Below are positions 10,750 to 19,951 of a stretch of DNA of 64,000 bases, one piece after another; position 1 is the first letter of the stretch; every line of letters starts with the position of its first letter. Origin of the DNA: Candidatus Melainabacteria bacterium 17Bon1m (lineage in GTDB: Bacteria > Cyanobacteriota > Vampirovibrionia > Obscuribacterales > Obscuribacteraceae); contig JAVLKG010000003.1 in NCBI GenBank assembly GCA_032128875.1, forward strand, positions 97,008-161,007, written 5' to 3'. The notes under the pieces are model-generated. The model saw nothing but the letters and a program-made list of their open reading frames with translations. It did no database searches and had not been told where the DNA came from. Position numbers and translations under genes: made by a program.

Positions 10750-12108
10750 CTATTTTGAACTGGCGCAAACTTCTTGCACGCGCTTTGCGGCTCGTTCTTT
10801 GTCGAAGTAGACAATCTTGCCGTCGAAGATGGTGACGAGGTTTTTGCCCTTGAGAGAACGACCGGTGAATGGTGAATTTTTGCTCTTGGAAAAACTCTCG
10901 ACAATCTCGAAATTCCAACGCATTTCAGGATCGACTATGGCGATATTGGCGCGTGCGCCGACGGAAATTTGTGGAGCAGGGATGCCCAAGATTTTTGCAG
11001 GGTGTGTCGTTATCAGCGCAAGAAACTTGTTTGGAGCCATTTTGCCTGAGAGGACGAGCTTTTCAAAACATAATGAGAATGCCGTTTCCAGCCCGATTAT
11101 ACCGAAGGGTGCATGATCGAAAGGTTTGCTCTTGTCCAATTTTGAATGCGGCGCATGATCCGTCGCAATTGCGTCGATTACGCCTTCGACGAGCGCTTGT
11201 TCGATTGCTTCGACGTCCTTCTTCGAACGTAATGGAGGGTTCATCTTGAACGAAGTATCGTATGGAGTCATCTCGGCATCGCTCAAAACCAAGTGGTGTG
11301 GCGTTGCGTCAGCGGTGACTTGAAGTCCTTGAGCCTTCGCCTGACGAATCAAATCAATCGAAGCTTTCGCGGATGTGTGGGCAAAGTGCAGGCGCCCACC
11401 CGTATAACGCAGAACTTCAATTTCACGTGCTACGCATGCAGCTTCACTTGCAGAAGGAATTCCTTTCATGCCAAGGCAGGTAGACTGGCAGCCTTCGTTC
11501 ATCGAGCCGCCGTGCGAGAGATCTTTGTCTTCGGGGTGACTGATGATCGGTCTTCCGTGCAAACGTGCATATTCAAAAGCGCGACGCAGTACATCGAGGT
11601 TCGAAATAGGCATGCCGTCATCAGAAAAAGCGATGGCACCCATGTCGGACATCTCGACCATATTGGTCAGCTCAACACCCTTTAGCCCTTTGGTAACTGC
11701 AGCGACAGGCAGTACTTCAACAATGGCTCGCTCGTGAATGCGTTTTATCACTCGGTCGAGAATTTCCGCACAATCAGTGGGCGGGTCAGTGTTCGCCATG
11801 GCGACAACGGTTGTATAACCGCCTGCTGCCGCGGCTTTTGTGCCGGTGGAAATGTCTTCTCTGTCCGCTTGCCCGAGGTCACGCAGATGGGTGTGCATGT
11901 CGACGAATCCCGGCATCACCCAGCATCCTTGTGCATCTACCACTGATTCGTTGTCTTTCGGCTTGAGTTCGCTCTCCATCTCAGTAATCTTGCCGTCCCG
12001 AATGCGAATGTCGAGACTTTGATTACTGGCGACATTGCTGCTTGCTTTGCCGTTTGCATCAGTAGGATTAATTACTCGTCCGTTCTTAATGAGAATCGCG
12101 CTTTCCAT
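10750..12108 (-). CDS. pyrC: Dihydroorotase
   Basis: PGFVDMHTHLRD, AAAAGGYT, FSDDG, KMNPPLR, IATDHAPH, APFGIIGLET; adjacent to pyrB. Confidence 0.95.
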   Translation of the reverse strand: MESAILIKNGRVINPTDANGKASSNVASNQSLDIRIRDGKITEMESELKPKDNESVVDAQGCWVMPGFVDMHTHLRDLGQADREDISTGTKAAAAGGYTTVVAMANTDPPTDCAEILDRVIKRIHERAIVEVLPVAAVTKGLKGVELTNMVEMSDMGAIAFSDDGMPISNLDVLRRAFEYARLHGRPIISHPEDKDLSHGGSMNEGCQSTCLGMKGIPSASEAACVAREIEVLRYTGGRLHFAHTSAKASIDLIRQAKAQGLQVTADATPHHLVLSDAEMTPYDTSFKMNPPLRSKKDVEAIEQALVEGVIDAIATDHAPHSKLDKSKPFDHAPFGIIGLETAFSLCFEKLVLSGKMAPNKFLALITTHPAKILGIPAPQISVGARANIAIVDPEMRWNFEIVESFSKSKNSPFTGRSLKGKNLVTIFDGKIVYFDKERAAKRVQEVCASSK

Positions 12109-12119
12109 TAGTTTGTCCC

Positions 12120-13163
12120 CTATGCATCTTGGCCGTCATACATGAGCAAGTACAAAACCGCCATTCTTACGGCGATGCCGTTGGCAACCTGAAGGTTTAC
12201 GAGAGAAACTTTCGAATCGTCGACGAGGTCATCGGTGATTTCGATGCCTCTATTGACCGGTCCTGGGTGCAAAACCCGCACGTCCGGCTTGCAGCGTTTG
12301 ATGCGCTCGTGATCGAGCCTGTAAAGCCGTTTGTATTCGCCGATGCTTGGTATGAGTCCTTCGTCTTGACGCTCTAGCTGTAATCTCAGAGCAATGACAA
12401 AATCTGCATCCTTTATGGCAGGTTCTAACTTCTCATGCACGGTCACGCCGAAACTGTCGAGTTCAACAGGTACTAAAGTCGGCGGTCCGGCAACATGGAT
12501 ATCGGCGCCGAGTTTTTGCAGCAACCAGATGTTCGAGCGCGCCACGCGGCTATGCGTGATGTCGCCGATGATTGCCACTTTGCGGCCTTTGATGGTTTTA
12601 CCTGTCTCCTGCATACTGAAGAGGTCCAGCAATGCTTGCGTGGGGTGGGCATTCCATCCGTCCCCTGCATTGAGAACGTGAACTTCATCTCTCAAAAGTT
12701 CTGCCAGTTTGTGTGCGCTGCCGGAAGAGCTGTGGCGCTGTACAACAGCATCTACGCCCATTGACACCAGTGTTCGCGCAGTGTCTTCGATCGTCTCGCC
12801 TTTTGCAACCGACGACATCCGAATGTCCAGGTTTAAAACAGAGGCTCCCAACTTTCGTGCTGCAAGTTCAAAGCTGCTGCGGGTTCTCGTTGAATTTTCG
12901 TAGAACAAATTAGCCACTACTTTATGGCTGAGCACCGTCAGTGGTGGTCGCCCTTTTGAGTGGATGTCTTTGCAGAGCTTTGCGACAGCGATAAGCGCAT
13001 CGACTTCTTCGCCGCTCATGTCCTTGGTGTCGAGCAAGTGGCGGCGCGCTTTCCAGGCGTTTAGCCCAGGAAGGTTATCCGGCAATACTAAGTTTGAATC
13101 TTTTTCGTCCGCCATTTTTTTCTTTGTGCTTTTTTCCACTGCAAGTGAAGATGCGTCTGACAT
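12120..13163 (-). CDS. pyrB: Aspartate carbamoyltransferase catalytic subunit
   Basis: FYENSTRTRSSFE, NAGDG..HPTQALLD, GDITHSRVARS, LRLQLER, HPGPVNRG. Confidence 0.98.
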   Translation of the reverse strand: MSDASSLAVEKSTKKKMADEKDSNLVLPDNLPGLNAWKARRHLLDTKDMSGEEVDALIAVAKLCKDIHSKGRPPLTVLSHKVVANLFYENSTRTRSSFELAARKLGASVLNLDIRMSSVAKGETIEDTARTLVSMGVDAVVQRHSSSGSAHKLAELLRDEVHVLNAGDGWNAHPTQALLDLFSMQETGKTIKGRKVAIIGDITHSRVARSNIWLLQKLGADIHVAGPPTLVPVELDSFGVTVHEKLEPAIKDADFVIALRLQLERQDEGLIPSIGEYKRLYRLDHERIKRCKPDVRVLHPGPVNRGIEITDDLVDDSKVSLVNLQVANGIAVRMAVLYLLMYDGQDA

Positions 13164-13391
13164 TTAGCGAGTCCGCTCCTGTGAGAACCTGCGAAAGCGT
13201 TAGCAGGACTGTATTTTAAAGGTATTGAAGCCTCTGTTCTTTTGCAAAGAAGTAAATGTGCTGAGTTTGATTCGTTAATTCAAATTCACCTAGATGAAAT
13301 ATCGCTTGTCATCCGGCTTTTCCGGGTTACACTCATGTGACTGGTAACTCCGTTCTGGCGATTCTCTTACATGAGATGCGGAGGGCAATAC

Positions 13392-13595
13392 ATGGAAAAT
13401 GCGACCAAATCGCAAGTTTGCGACGATGTAAGTCGAGCGAATTACGCTAACAGACTTTTATCGCGCGCTATTCACGAAAGGCGCAAGCCTGAGACTGTGA
13501 CAGGTCGATTTTTCGGTATGTTTGCAAAAAGCGAGAAAGCAATCGCACAGGCAGAGGATGACAGCAAGGTTCTGGTTGGCGCGGGACAACGCTGA
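13392..13595 (+). CDS. Small hypothetical protein
   Basis: GGAGGG upstream of ATG 13392 (MENATKSQ...); no recognised motif. Confidence 0.5.
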   Translation: MENATKSQVCDDVSRANYANRLLSRAIHERRKPETVTGRFFGMFAKSEKAIAQAEDDSKVLVGAGQR

Positions 13596-13669
13596 GTAGT
13601 CGGGCATTTAAGCGACTGCATTTAGACAACTGGATCTAGACAACTGAAGGATTAGTGTTAAATGCGATC

Positions 13670-13686
13670 CACCCCACCGGGGGGAT
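13670..13686. promoter_or_regulatory. Putative CsoR operator upstream of csoR
   Basis: CACCCC-ACCGG-GGGGAT has the C-tract/N5/G-tract geometry of known CsoR operators (ATACCC-N5-GGGTAT) and lies about 70 bp before csoR. Confidence 0.7.
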
Positions 13687-13758
13687 TGGTTGAACTCGCC
13701 CGCGAGTTCTGCTTTTATTTGTTCATAGCAAACCCACATATGTTTAGGCGGTAAATGC

Positions 13759-14109
13759 GTGGCTATCACAGGCGACACAAAGCGTCAGCTCAGGTCCCGT
13801 TTGGTCAAAGCACAGGGACACCTGTCAGCGGTCATACGCATGATTGACGACGAAAAATATTGCATCGATGTTTTAACTCAGCTCAAAGCAGTTCAAGCTG
13901 CTCTCGATAAAACAGCGCATCTGATGCTGAAGCAGCATTTGGATACTTGCGTTGTCGAAGCCGTTAAGGCGGACGATTCTGCTCGTGTAATGAACGAACT
14001 CTGGCAACTCTTGCGTCGTGGTGAGTCCTCTTTCGAAGCCGAAGAAGAGGGCGAAGATCTGGAGGTAACAAAGTCCCAGCAGAAACCGCATACTCAGTGC
14101 TGTCATTGA
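13759..14109 (+). CDS. csoR: CsoR/RcnR family metal-sensing repressor (Cu(I)-type C-H-C fingerprint)
   Basis: RLVKAQGHLSAVIRMI, YCIDVLTQL, HLDTCV; acidic tail ending HTQCCH. Confidence 0.88.
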   Translation: MAITGDTKRQLRSRLVKAQGHLSAVIRMIDDEKYCIDVLTQLKAVQAALDKTAHLMLKQHLDTCVVEAVKADDSARVMNELWQLLRRGESSFEAEEEGEDLEVTKSQQKPHTQCCH

Positions 14110-14180
14110 GTTTGCAATCTTCAATTTCTCTTGTTTGGTGAGAATTTAGCAGGTCCCCTCGTCCTTTCTGGAGGATTTTT

Positions 14181-14348
14181 ATGCAACCATGTTGTTGTTG
14201 GACCGCATTTTTCAATTCTGTTGTACAAATGCTCCCGTTTTTAGCTGTTTTCGGTATTGTCGGCGAGAGATTTCTCAAAACGTTTTCGAGACCAAGTCCA
14301 AAACCTGTTGAGGAGGTCGTCACCCCGTGTTGTGGGGATGTCCACTAA
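14181..14348 (+). CDS. 55-aa Cys-rich peptide with central hydrophobic helix (absent from ORF track)
   Basis: GGAGGA at 14170-14175, ATG 14181; MQPCCCWTAFFNSVVQMLPFLAVFGIVGERFLKTFSRPSPKPVEEVVTPCCGDVH*; fills the gap between csoR and the next gene. Confidence 0.75.
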   Translation: MQPCCCWTAFFNSVVQMLPFLAVFGIVGERFLKTFSRPSPKPVEEVVTPCCGDVH

Positions 14349-14351
14349 GTT

Positions 14352-15302
14352 TTGAGATCGGTAAAACACAGAAATTTCGTAACTGCCGTCGCTGCTTTTT
14401 CATGCAGCATCATCCCACTGGCAATTTCACCCGCCCATGGCGAAACACCTCTATCCGGCAACGCTGGAGTTAAGAAGGTTTTGCCGGGCGGTTCTGTGTC
14501 TGGGCGTGGCGACAAATTTCAACTTGCTGTCGGCGAACGTGATCGTTGGACTCCGAAAATTCAAGCGAATCCCAAAGACCCCAAGAATTATGTTGGGCGC
14601 GCAAAAGATTACATGTTGCTTTGCGAGGATGAGAAGGCGCTTGCTGATTTTTCTACCGCGCTTTCTCTCGACCCGCGCAACAGAGAAGCGCTTCACGAGC
14701 GAATTCTTTTATTGGGCGACCTGGGGCGAAAAGAAGAAGCGCTGCGAGATTGCAACACTCTGATCAAGGCATATCCGAAGTCGACTTTTGGCTACGAGCA
14801 TAGGTGTATCGTTTATCAGAGCATGCAGAAGTTGAAAGAGGCGCTTGCTGACACTGACGCGGCGCTAAAGATAGAACCGAATGCCGTCACCGTTTGGCAA
14901 TACCGATGCTCGATTTTCATTAATCAAGGTGATTCGGCTGGCGCTCTAAAGTGTCTGACTCGGCTCACTGAGCTGTGTCCCGATAATTCAACGAATTTTT
15001 CAGTGCGTGCCAATTACTACGTGAAACGTAAGGAGTATTCGAAAGCCATTGCTGATTTGACTCAAACAATCAAACTGCGGCAAGGAGAGTTCGAGCCGTT
15101 TATCATGCGTGCTGAGGTGTTCAAAGAAATGAAGGAGTACAAGAAAGCCATTGCCGATTACACTCGAGCAATCGAGATGAACCGATTTCGTGCCGGCTAT
15201 GCGTACAAAGGCCGTGGCGAATGCTATAAGGCATTGGGTGATGGCGCTGCTGCGCAGCGAGATTTCGTGCAGAGCAAAAGTGGAGAGAAGGCATATCGCT
15301 GA
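14352..15302 (+). CDS. Secreted TPR-repeat protein
   Basis: Signal peptide ending SPAHG; repeated ALADFSTALSLDP / KAIADLTQTI / KAIADYTRAI. Confidence 0.85.
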   Translation: MRSVKHRNFVTAVAAFSCSIIPLAISPAHGETPLSGNAGVKKVLPGGSVSGRGDKFQLAVGERDRWTPKIQANPKDPKNYVGRAKDYMLLCEDEKALADFSTALSLDPRNREALHERILLLGDLGRKEEALRDCNTLIKAYPKSTFGYEHRCIVYQSMQKLKEALADTDAALKIEPNAVTVWQYRCSIFINQGDSAGALKCLTRLTELCPDNSTNFSVRANYYVKRKEYSKAIADLTQTIKLRQGEFEPFIMRAEVFKEMKEYKKAIADYTRAIEMNRFRAGYAYKGRGECYKALGDGAAAQRDFVQSKSGEKAYR

Positions 15303-15313
15303 GTTTGGTTTTT

Positions 15314-17131
15314 TTACCGAACAACCAATTTGGGAAGCCTTATCATAAAACTGAATCCGCTAGGCTTCTGGCTGTATGAGCTGATGTTGCCGTAATGCGC
15401 TTCAACGATTTGTTTGCAAATTGAATATTTAAGAAGAGACCGGTTGCTGTGCCCGCTTAGTTTGTGCGTGGGAACGCTCGATTCTATTTGAGCGATTTCC
15501 TCGTCGGTGAGCCCTTCTGCCTGGTCGACAATTCTTACTTGGACAATATCTGCAATTTCGGTAACTTCTATGCGAATGATTGTGTCGCTCGGCGCTGCCT
15601 TTATCGCATTCTCTAGTGATGCTGTAATCGCTTGTGTCATAAGGCGTTTGTCCACATTTACGGTGGCGTCGCCGGAAATATCGAATTTGATATTTTTTGC
15701 TTCGGCGCTTATTTCCGTATTTGAAACCGCCTTCTGCAAGAGTTCGTTCAGCATAGTGGAGGCAGGCTCTGTCTCGATGTTTCGCGCGCTAAGTTTTTGG
15801 AAATCCAACAGGTCACTTACCAATTCGATTAATTGCTCGACCATCTTTGCAGACTTTTCTACCTTGAGTTTTGCATCGGGCGGAAGCGCTCCCTTCGCTC
15901 CTCTCGAGAGAATTGCCAGTGAGATGTTGACAGATGTCAGAGGACTTCTCAGATCGTGGCTGATCATATCGACAAGATCTTGCTTCATCCTTTCTGCGTT
16001 TTTCGTTTCTGTAATGTCGTGTGCGACGCAGAAAAAGGCCTTCTGTGCATCAGACCAGAAGCATGACCAGCGTGTATCAACTACGTCCTTGGAATCACTC
16101 ACTAGTCGCAGATCGAAAACACTGATGTTGGTGGAAGTTCTCGACTCTCTCAGCTTTTCATCGCAGAAAAAGCTCTCGTCCGGGATCGTCAAATCATGTA
16201 AATTTCTTCCGATGAGTTCTTCGGGGCTATAGCCCAGTATGCGGGTCGCGTATGGGTTGGCACTGATGAAGGCGCCATCTTCAGTGAGTGAACAAATGAG
16301 ATCGGTGGCGTTTTCCACCAGTGTTTTTTCGTCTTGCTGAATCTTGTCGAGAGCCGCGGCCGTCGAGTGAAGCAGCCTGTCTAGCGTGGCCAACTCATCT
16401 GTGCCTGTCAGGGCTGGCGGCAGTGGTTGCCCTTTTGCCAACAACATACCGTTGCGACAAGTCAGCCGGAGCGGGCGTTTGACCAATACTATGTACATGT
16501 AGCCGAGTAGCGCAGCCAGCAAGGCGCTCAGAACAAGCGCAACAACCAGCGTAGCCCAGACCCTGCTAAGCAAATCGTGAATCAGTGCAGGTCTTCTGGC
16601 TTGCCGCTCTTCTTCCAGCTCGACTATCGCTGTTGTGGCGGCGGCATACTGGCGGGCGCAGTTGAGGAAGCGATGAAAGTACTTTTGGCGTGAAGTAATA
16701 CGATCTTCATTGTCTTTGAAAGAGAGGTGCTGTGCATCTTTGTACATCTCTTGCAGCTCTTTATGGCAACTGCGCAACTCTTGCATTCTTTGCTCGGATT
16801 CGCTGTCCGTGCGGGCGACATTGAAGAGTCCCTGCAGGTTTTCGTTGAGAGCCTGAATCGGGTTGCTTTCGGTAGGCATTTTGGGAAGTAGCTTATACAT
16901 CACAGTCGGCGCTTCGAACTTGAAATTCAAGTTGTAGATGGTCTCCATAGCATCTCGGTTGAGGACGAATGTTCGGGCGATGATTTCTTGAGACCGTGAT
17001 TCTGTAACGATTTCGTTCTTCAGTGCGAGTAAGTTGTAAGCCAGAAAGACGACTATGATGACCTGCAGCAGCAAGGGGATCATCGTAATGATGATGCCGC
17101 GCCAGAATAGGTTGGGAGTAGGAATATTCAA
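15314..17131 (-). CDS. Membrane PAS sensor histidine kinase; H-box intact, ATP-binding domain degenerate
   Basis: 2 TM, HAMP-like GTDELATL, PAS, SHDLRSPL; N-box ASLENAIKAA, G1 DQAEG, no F-box, G2 region reads NRSLLKY. TTG start overlaps the upstream TGA. Confidence 0.85.
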   Translation of the reverse strand: MNIPTPNLFWRGIIITMIPLLLQVIIVVFLAYNLLALKNEIVTESRSQEIIARTFVLNRDAMETIYNLNFKFEAPTVMYKLLPKMPTESNPIQALNENLQGLFNVARTDSESEQRMQELRSCHKELQEMYKDAQHLSFKDNEDRITSRQKYFHRFLNCARQYAAATTAIVELEEERQARRPALIHDLLSRVWATLVVALVLSALLAALLGYMYIVLVKRPLRLTCRNGMLLAKGQPLPPALTGTDELATLDRLLHSTAAALDKIQQDEKTLVENATDLICSLTEDGAFISANPYATRILGYSPEELIGRNLHDLTIPDESFFCDEKLRESRTSTNISVFDLRLVSDSKDVVDTRWSCFWSDAQKAFFCVAHDITETKNAERMKQDLVDMISHDLRSPLTSVNISLAILSRGAKGALPPDAKLKVEKSAKMVEQLIELVSDLLDFQKLSARNIETEPASTMLNELLQKAVSNTEISAEAKNIKFDISGDATVNVDKRLMTQAITASLENAIKAAPSDTIIRIEVTEIADIVQVRIVDQAEGLTDEEIAQIESSVPTHKLSGHSNRSLLKYSICKQIVEAHYGNISSYSQKPSGFSFMIRLPKLVVR

Positions 17132-18909
17132 TTCGCTGCGCTCCCTTTGAATTTCGGCAAGTCGATGTAAAAACAGCTGCCCCCAATCTGCATCGGCTTG
17201 TATCCGGCTGTTCCACCGTGCGCTTCTGCGATTGATTTCACGAGCGCCAGACCCAATCCGCTGCCCTTTATCTTTGTTTTGTTGACGGATTCGCTTTGGT
17301 TAAACTTCGTGAAAATGAGTTCTCTGTCCTTCTCAGGAATGCCTGGTCCCTGGTCGATAACGCTGATGGTGACAGTGTTAGTGCCTTCTTTGATGTCGAG
17401 AGTAACCGTTGAATTTTTGGGTGAAAACTTAATTGCGTTCGAAAGCAAATTGATCAGAGCTTGTATTAAGCGTCCTTGGTCACCAATAGCGGTGGCATCG
17501 TTTGTGGATTGAACTATCTCAATCGCGTTAGAAGTCGCCAGGGCTTCAAGCGTGAGGCGCGCTTGTCGGCATAGTTCTGATGCGCTTATTGGAAGTTTTT
17601 CAATGTCTCGATCGGCTGTTTCTACATCTTCTAAATCAAGCAGTTCCGATACAAGATCCGATAGGCGCATGAGGTTGTAATTCGCCTTGGCCAGCTCTTC
17701 TTGCGCTGCTTGTGGGATGTTTGCGTGGTTTTCGTTGACGATTGAACCAATGAGCGAGTTGACTTCTTTGAGCGGTGAGCGAAGCTCTTCACTTGCCGTG
17801 TTGAGGAACTGTTGTTTCAAGCGTTGTGCGGCTTTCATCTCGGAGATGTTGTGGGCAACACAGAAATAACTTGCTTGTTCTTTCGAGTAAGAAACCTTCC
17901 AGAGAAATGGTTGTACCGTTCCATCTTTTCGTTTTACATCGTTCTCAAATTCGCATTCACCTGCTGTTTCAGCCAGCTTGCTCAGATTTTGCCGAGCTGC
18001 TTCTTGCGTGTCCTCGGTGATTATGGAAATCAACGAAAGTCCCAAAAGTTCATCCGGAGAGTAAAGCCAGACCTTACTGGCTGCATCTCCCACTGTGATG
18101 AAGCGCAGGCGAGCATCCAAGGTGCAAAGAACATCGCGTGCATTGTCTAAGATCGCGAACTGTTTTTGCCGTGCTTGCTTTATCTCTGTGTGTGCTTGCA
18201 GGAGAACTTTATCTAGCTCGGCAAGCTCGTCGTTGCCGTCAATGGGCGGCGGCAAATCGCGCCCGCCAGCCAAAAGAAGCGCCTTGTTAGCGACATTGCT
18301 CAGCCTGTTGAGAAAACCGGCAGTGAAGTCGCGAACCAGCCAGAGTGAGATGAGAAAGCCGATTGCTGCGCCGCTTGCAAGGATGATGCCTAGCTTCCAG
18401 GTCAGACTTTCAATCTGCCCCGTGTCGGAATTGAGCATGTCGGTTTCGACTTCGATTATGCGCTTGCTGAGCGGTCTTACTTCCATAAACATCGTTATTG
18501 TTGATGCTTTCGGCAGCAGCTTGCCGGCTGGCAAAGTTCGTCCCATGTGCTGGTACAGGCGCAGGCGCACTTGTTTTAACACAGCAATCAAATTGACTCT
18601 AGCGGACTCCGAGTCTCTAATAATGGCGTTCAGCTCTGGGTGTTCGATGGAATTTGCCGTAGTCCACGGAATTTCCAGAGCGCGTATGAGCATGTCTATA
18701 TCGGCGATTTTCTTCTCTGCGTGCGAGTCTTCTTCCTGCGCCAGAGCAAGCAGAGCATCTTCTGCGACCTTTTCGAAATGATGTAACTGAATAAGCGCAT
18801 GCCTGGATCTCTCGAGGCGTTCGTACTCTTTGGTCGCCTCGTATAGCCTGTTTCCCACAATGCCAAGAAAGACAAGCTCAATTACGACTGGTACCAATAC
18901 CAGTATCAT
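17128..18909 (-). CDS. Membrane PAS sensor histidine kinase; ATPase domain intact, phospho-His replaced by Glu
   Basis: 2 TM, GNDELAEL, PAS, H-box reads ASEELRSPL; NLLSNAIKFS, DQGPGIP, IFTKF and GSGLGLAL intact. Confidence 0.85.
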   Translation of the reverse strand: MILVLVPVVIELVFLGIVGNRLYEATKEYERLERSRHALIQLHHFEKVAEDALLALAQEEDSHAEKKIADIDMLIRALEIPWTTANSIEHPELNAIIRDSESARVNLIAVLKQVRLRLYQHMGRTLPAGKLLPKASTITMFMEVRPLSKRIIEVETDMLNSDTGQIESLTWKLGIILASGAAIGFLISLWLVRDFTAGFLNRLSNVANKALLLAGGRDLPPPIDGNDELAELDKVLLQAHTEIKQARQKQFAILDNARDVLCTLDARLRFITVGDAASKVWLYSPDELLGLSLISIITEDTQEAARQNLSKLAETAGECEFENDVKRKDGTVQPFLWKVSYSKEQASYFCVAHNISEMKAAQRLKQQFLNTASEELRSPLKEVNSLIGSIVNENHANIPQAAQEELAKANYNLMRLSDLVSELLDLEDVETADRDIEKLPISASELCRQARLTLEALATSNAIEIVQSTNDATAIGDQGRLIQALINLLSNAIKFSPKNSTVTLDIKEGTNTVTISVIDQGPGIPEKDRELIFTKFNQSESVNKTKIKGSGLGLALVKSIAEAHGGTAGYKPMQIGGSCFYIDLPKFKGSAAN

Positions 18910-19046
18910 TCCTCGGGCTGTCGAATTGAATTGCAGGAGTATCGATCCCGTCTAAGGTTGCCGTTCGGAAACGCTGGAAAGCCAAGAGCCGACCGCGCCT
19001 CGATTCTATGATACAGGCAACTGGGCGAAGATTCGGATGTTGCAGA

Positions 19047-19787
19047 TTAATAGCCGACGACCGAGCCGCGAATGTGGCGAGTATTATCCATGCCTGCTGC
19101 GCGCATCATGCCGCCCACTCCGCCATTTCCGACGAAGAGTCCAAACAATGCCGCTGCGCCTGCTACGCCGACCGCGCGTTGCATCATTTGTGGATCGTTC
19201 ATAAGCGTATTGCCGATGGTCTGGGCGATTCCACCGTTGTTGCTGTTTGTGCCATTGTTTTGCATCATGCCGCCAGCCATGTTGTTCATGCCGTTTTGCT
19301 GCATCATGCCGCTGGACATGTTATTCATTCCACTGTTGGAACCGCTGAACATGCCGCTGTTCATATTATTCATGCCGTTCATGACGTTCATCTGTGCAGA
19401 ACCGTTCATGCTGTTCATACTGTTTGTGCCATTCATAGAACTCGTCGCATTGCTGCTTCCATTGTTCATGGCTCCGTTGCCGAATGCATTACCTTGACCG
19501 AGTTGTGTATTTTGGCTGTTGAGGTTGGTATACAGCCCGTTTTGGGATAGGCTGTTGTTGAATGCGCCATTGGCGTTTGAGTTAAAACCCTGTCCAGGCG
19601 CGCCATTGGGGCTAGGGGCGGTTGGCGAGCCAAATGAATCCCCGCAAATGTCGATACCGTTGAAGTTCTGCGCGGCAACTTGCTCTTCGGCGGTTAGTTG
19701 ACCATTGACTCCTTGAGCTAATGCAGGCGTGTTCATCGCCAGCGAGGCGAGAAGCATTGCTGCGGCTGTTCGAGTGCGGACTGACAT
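19047..19787 (-). CDS. Secreted Asn/Met/Gly-rich low-complexity protein
   Basis: GGAG upstream of ATG 19787; signal peptide ending PALA; (N/G)-M-N-N-M-type repeats; hydrophobic C-terminal segment. Confidence 0.8.
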   Translation of the reverse strand: MSVRTRTAAAMLLASLAMNTPALAQGVNGQLTAEEQVAAQNFNGIDICGDSFGSPTAPSPNGAPGQGFNSNANGAFNNSLSQNGLYTNLNSQNTQLGQGNAFGNGAMNNGSSNATSSMNGTNSMNSMNGSAQMNVMNGMNNMNSGMFSGSNSGMNNMSSGMMQQNGMNNMAGGMMQNNGTNSNNGGIAQTIGNTLMNDPQMMQRAVGVAGAAALFGLFVGNGGVGGMMRAAGMDNTRHIRGSVVGY

Positions 19788-19951
19788 GGTAATTCTCCGG
19801 AGGTGCCAGGAGATCGTATTACTCGCGCGCGCGTCCGTCACTGGTGGAAGTACGTACTTGCGAGCTGGCTTGTACGGGAGTCGCATCCGGCCCCATGGCA
19901 GGGAAGCGCGGACCGCCGGCACGAGCGCTTCCCGTACACAACGGAAGTGAA

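Noticed and set aside
13623-13646. TAGACAACTG direct repeat upstream of csoR
   Set aside because: Only two copies at a 14-bp period; likely a local duplication.
14322-14339. ACCCC-N7-GGGGAT resembling the CsoR operator
   Set aside because: Wrong spacing, and explained by the codons for T-P-C-C-G-D.
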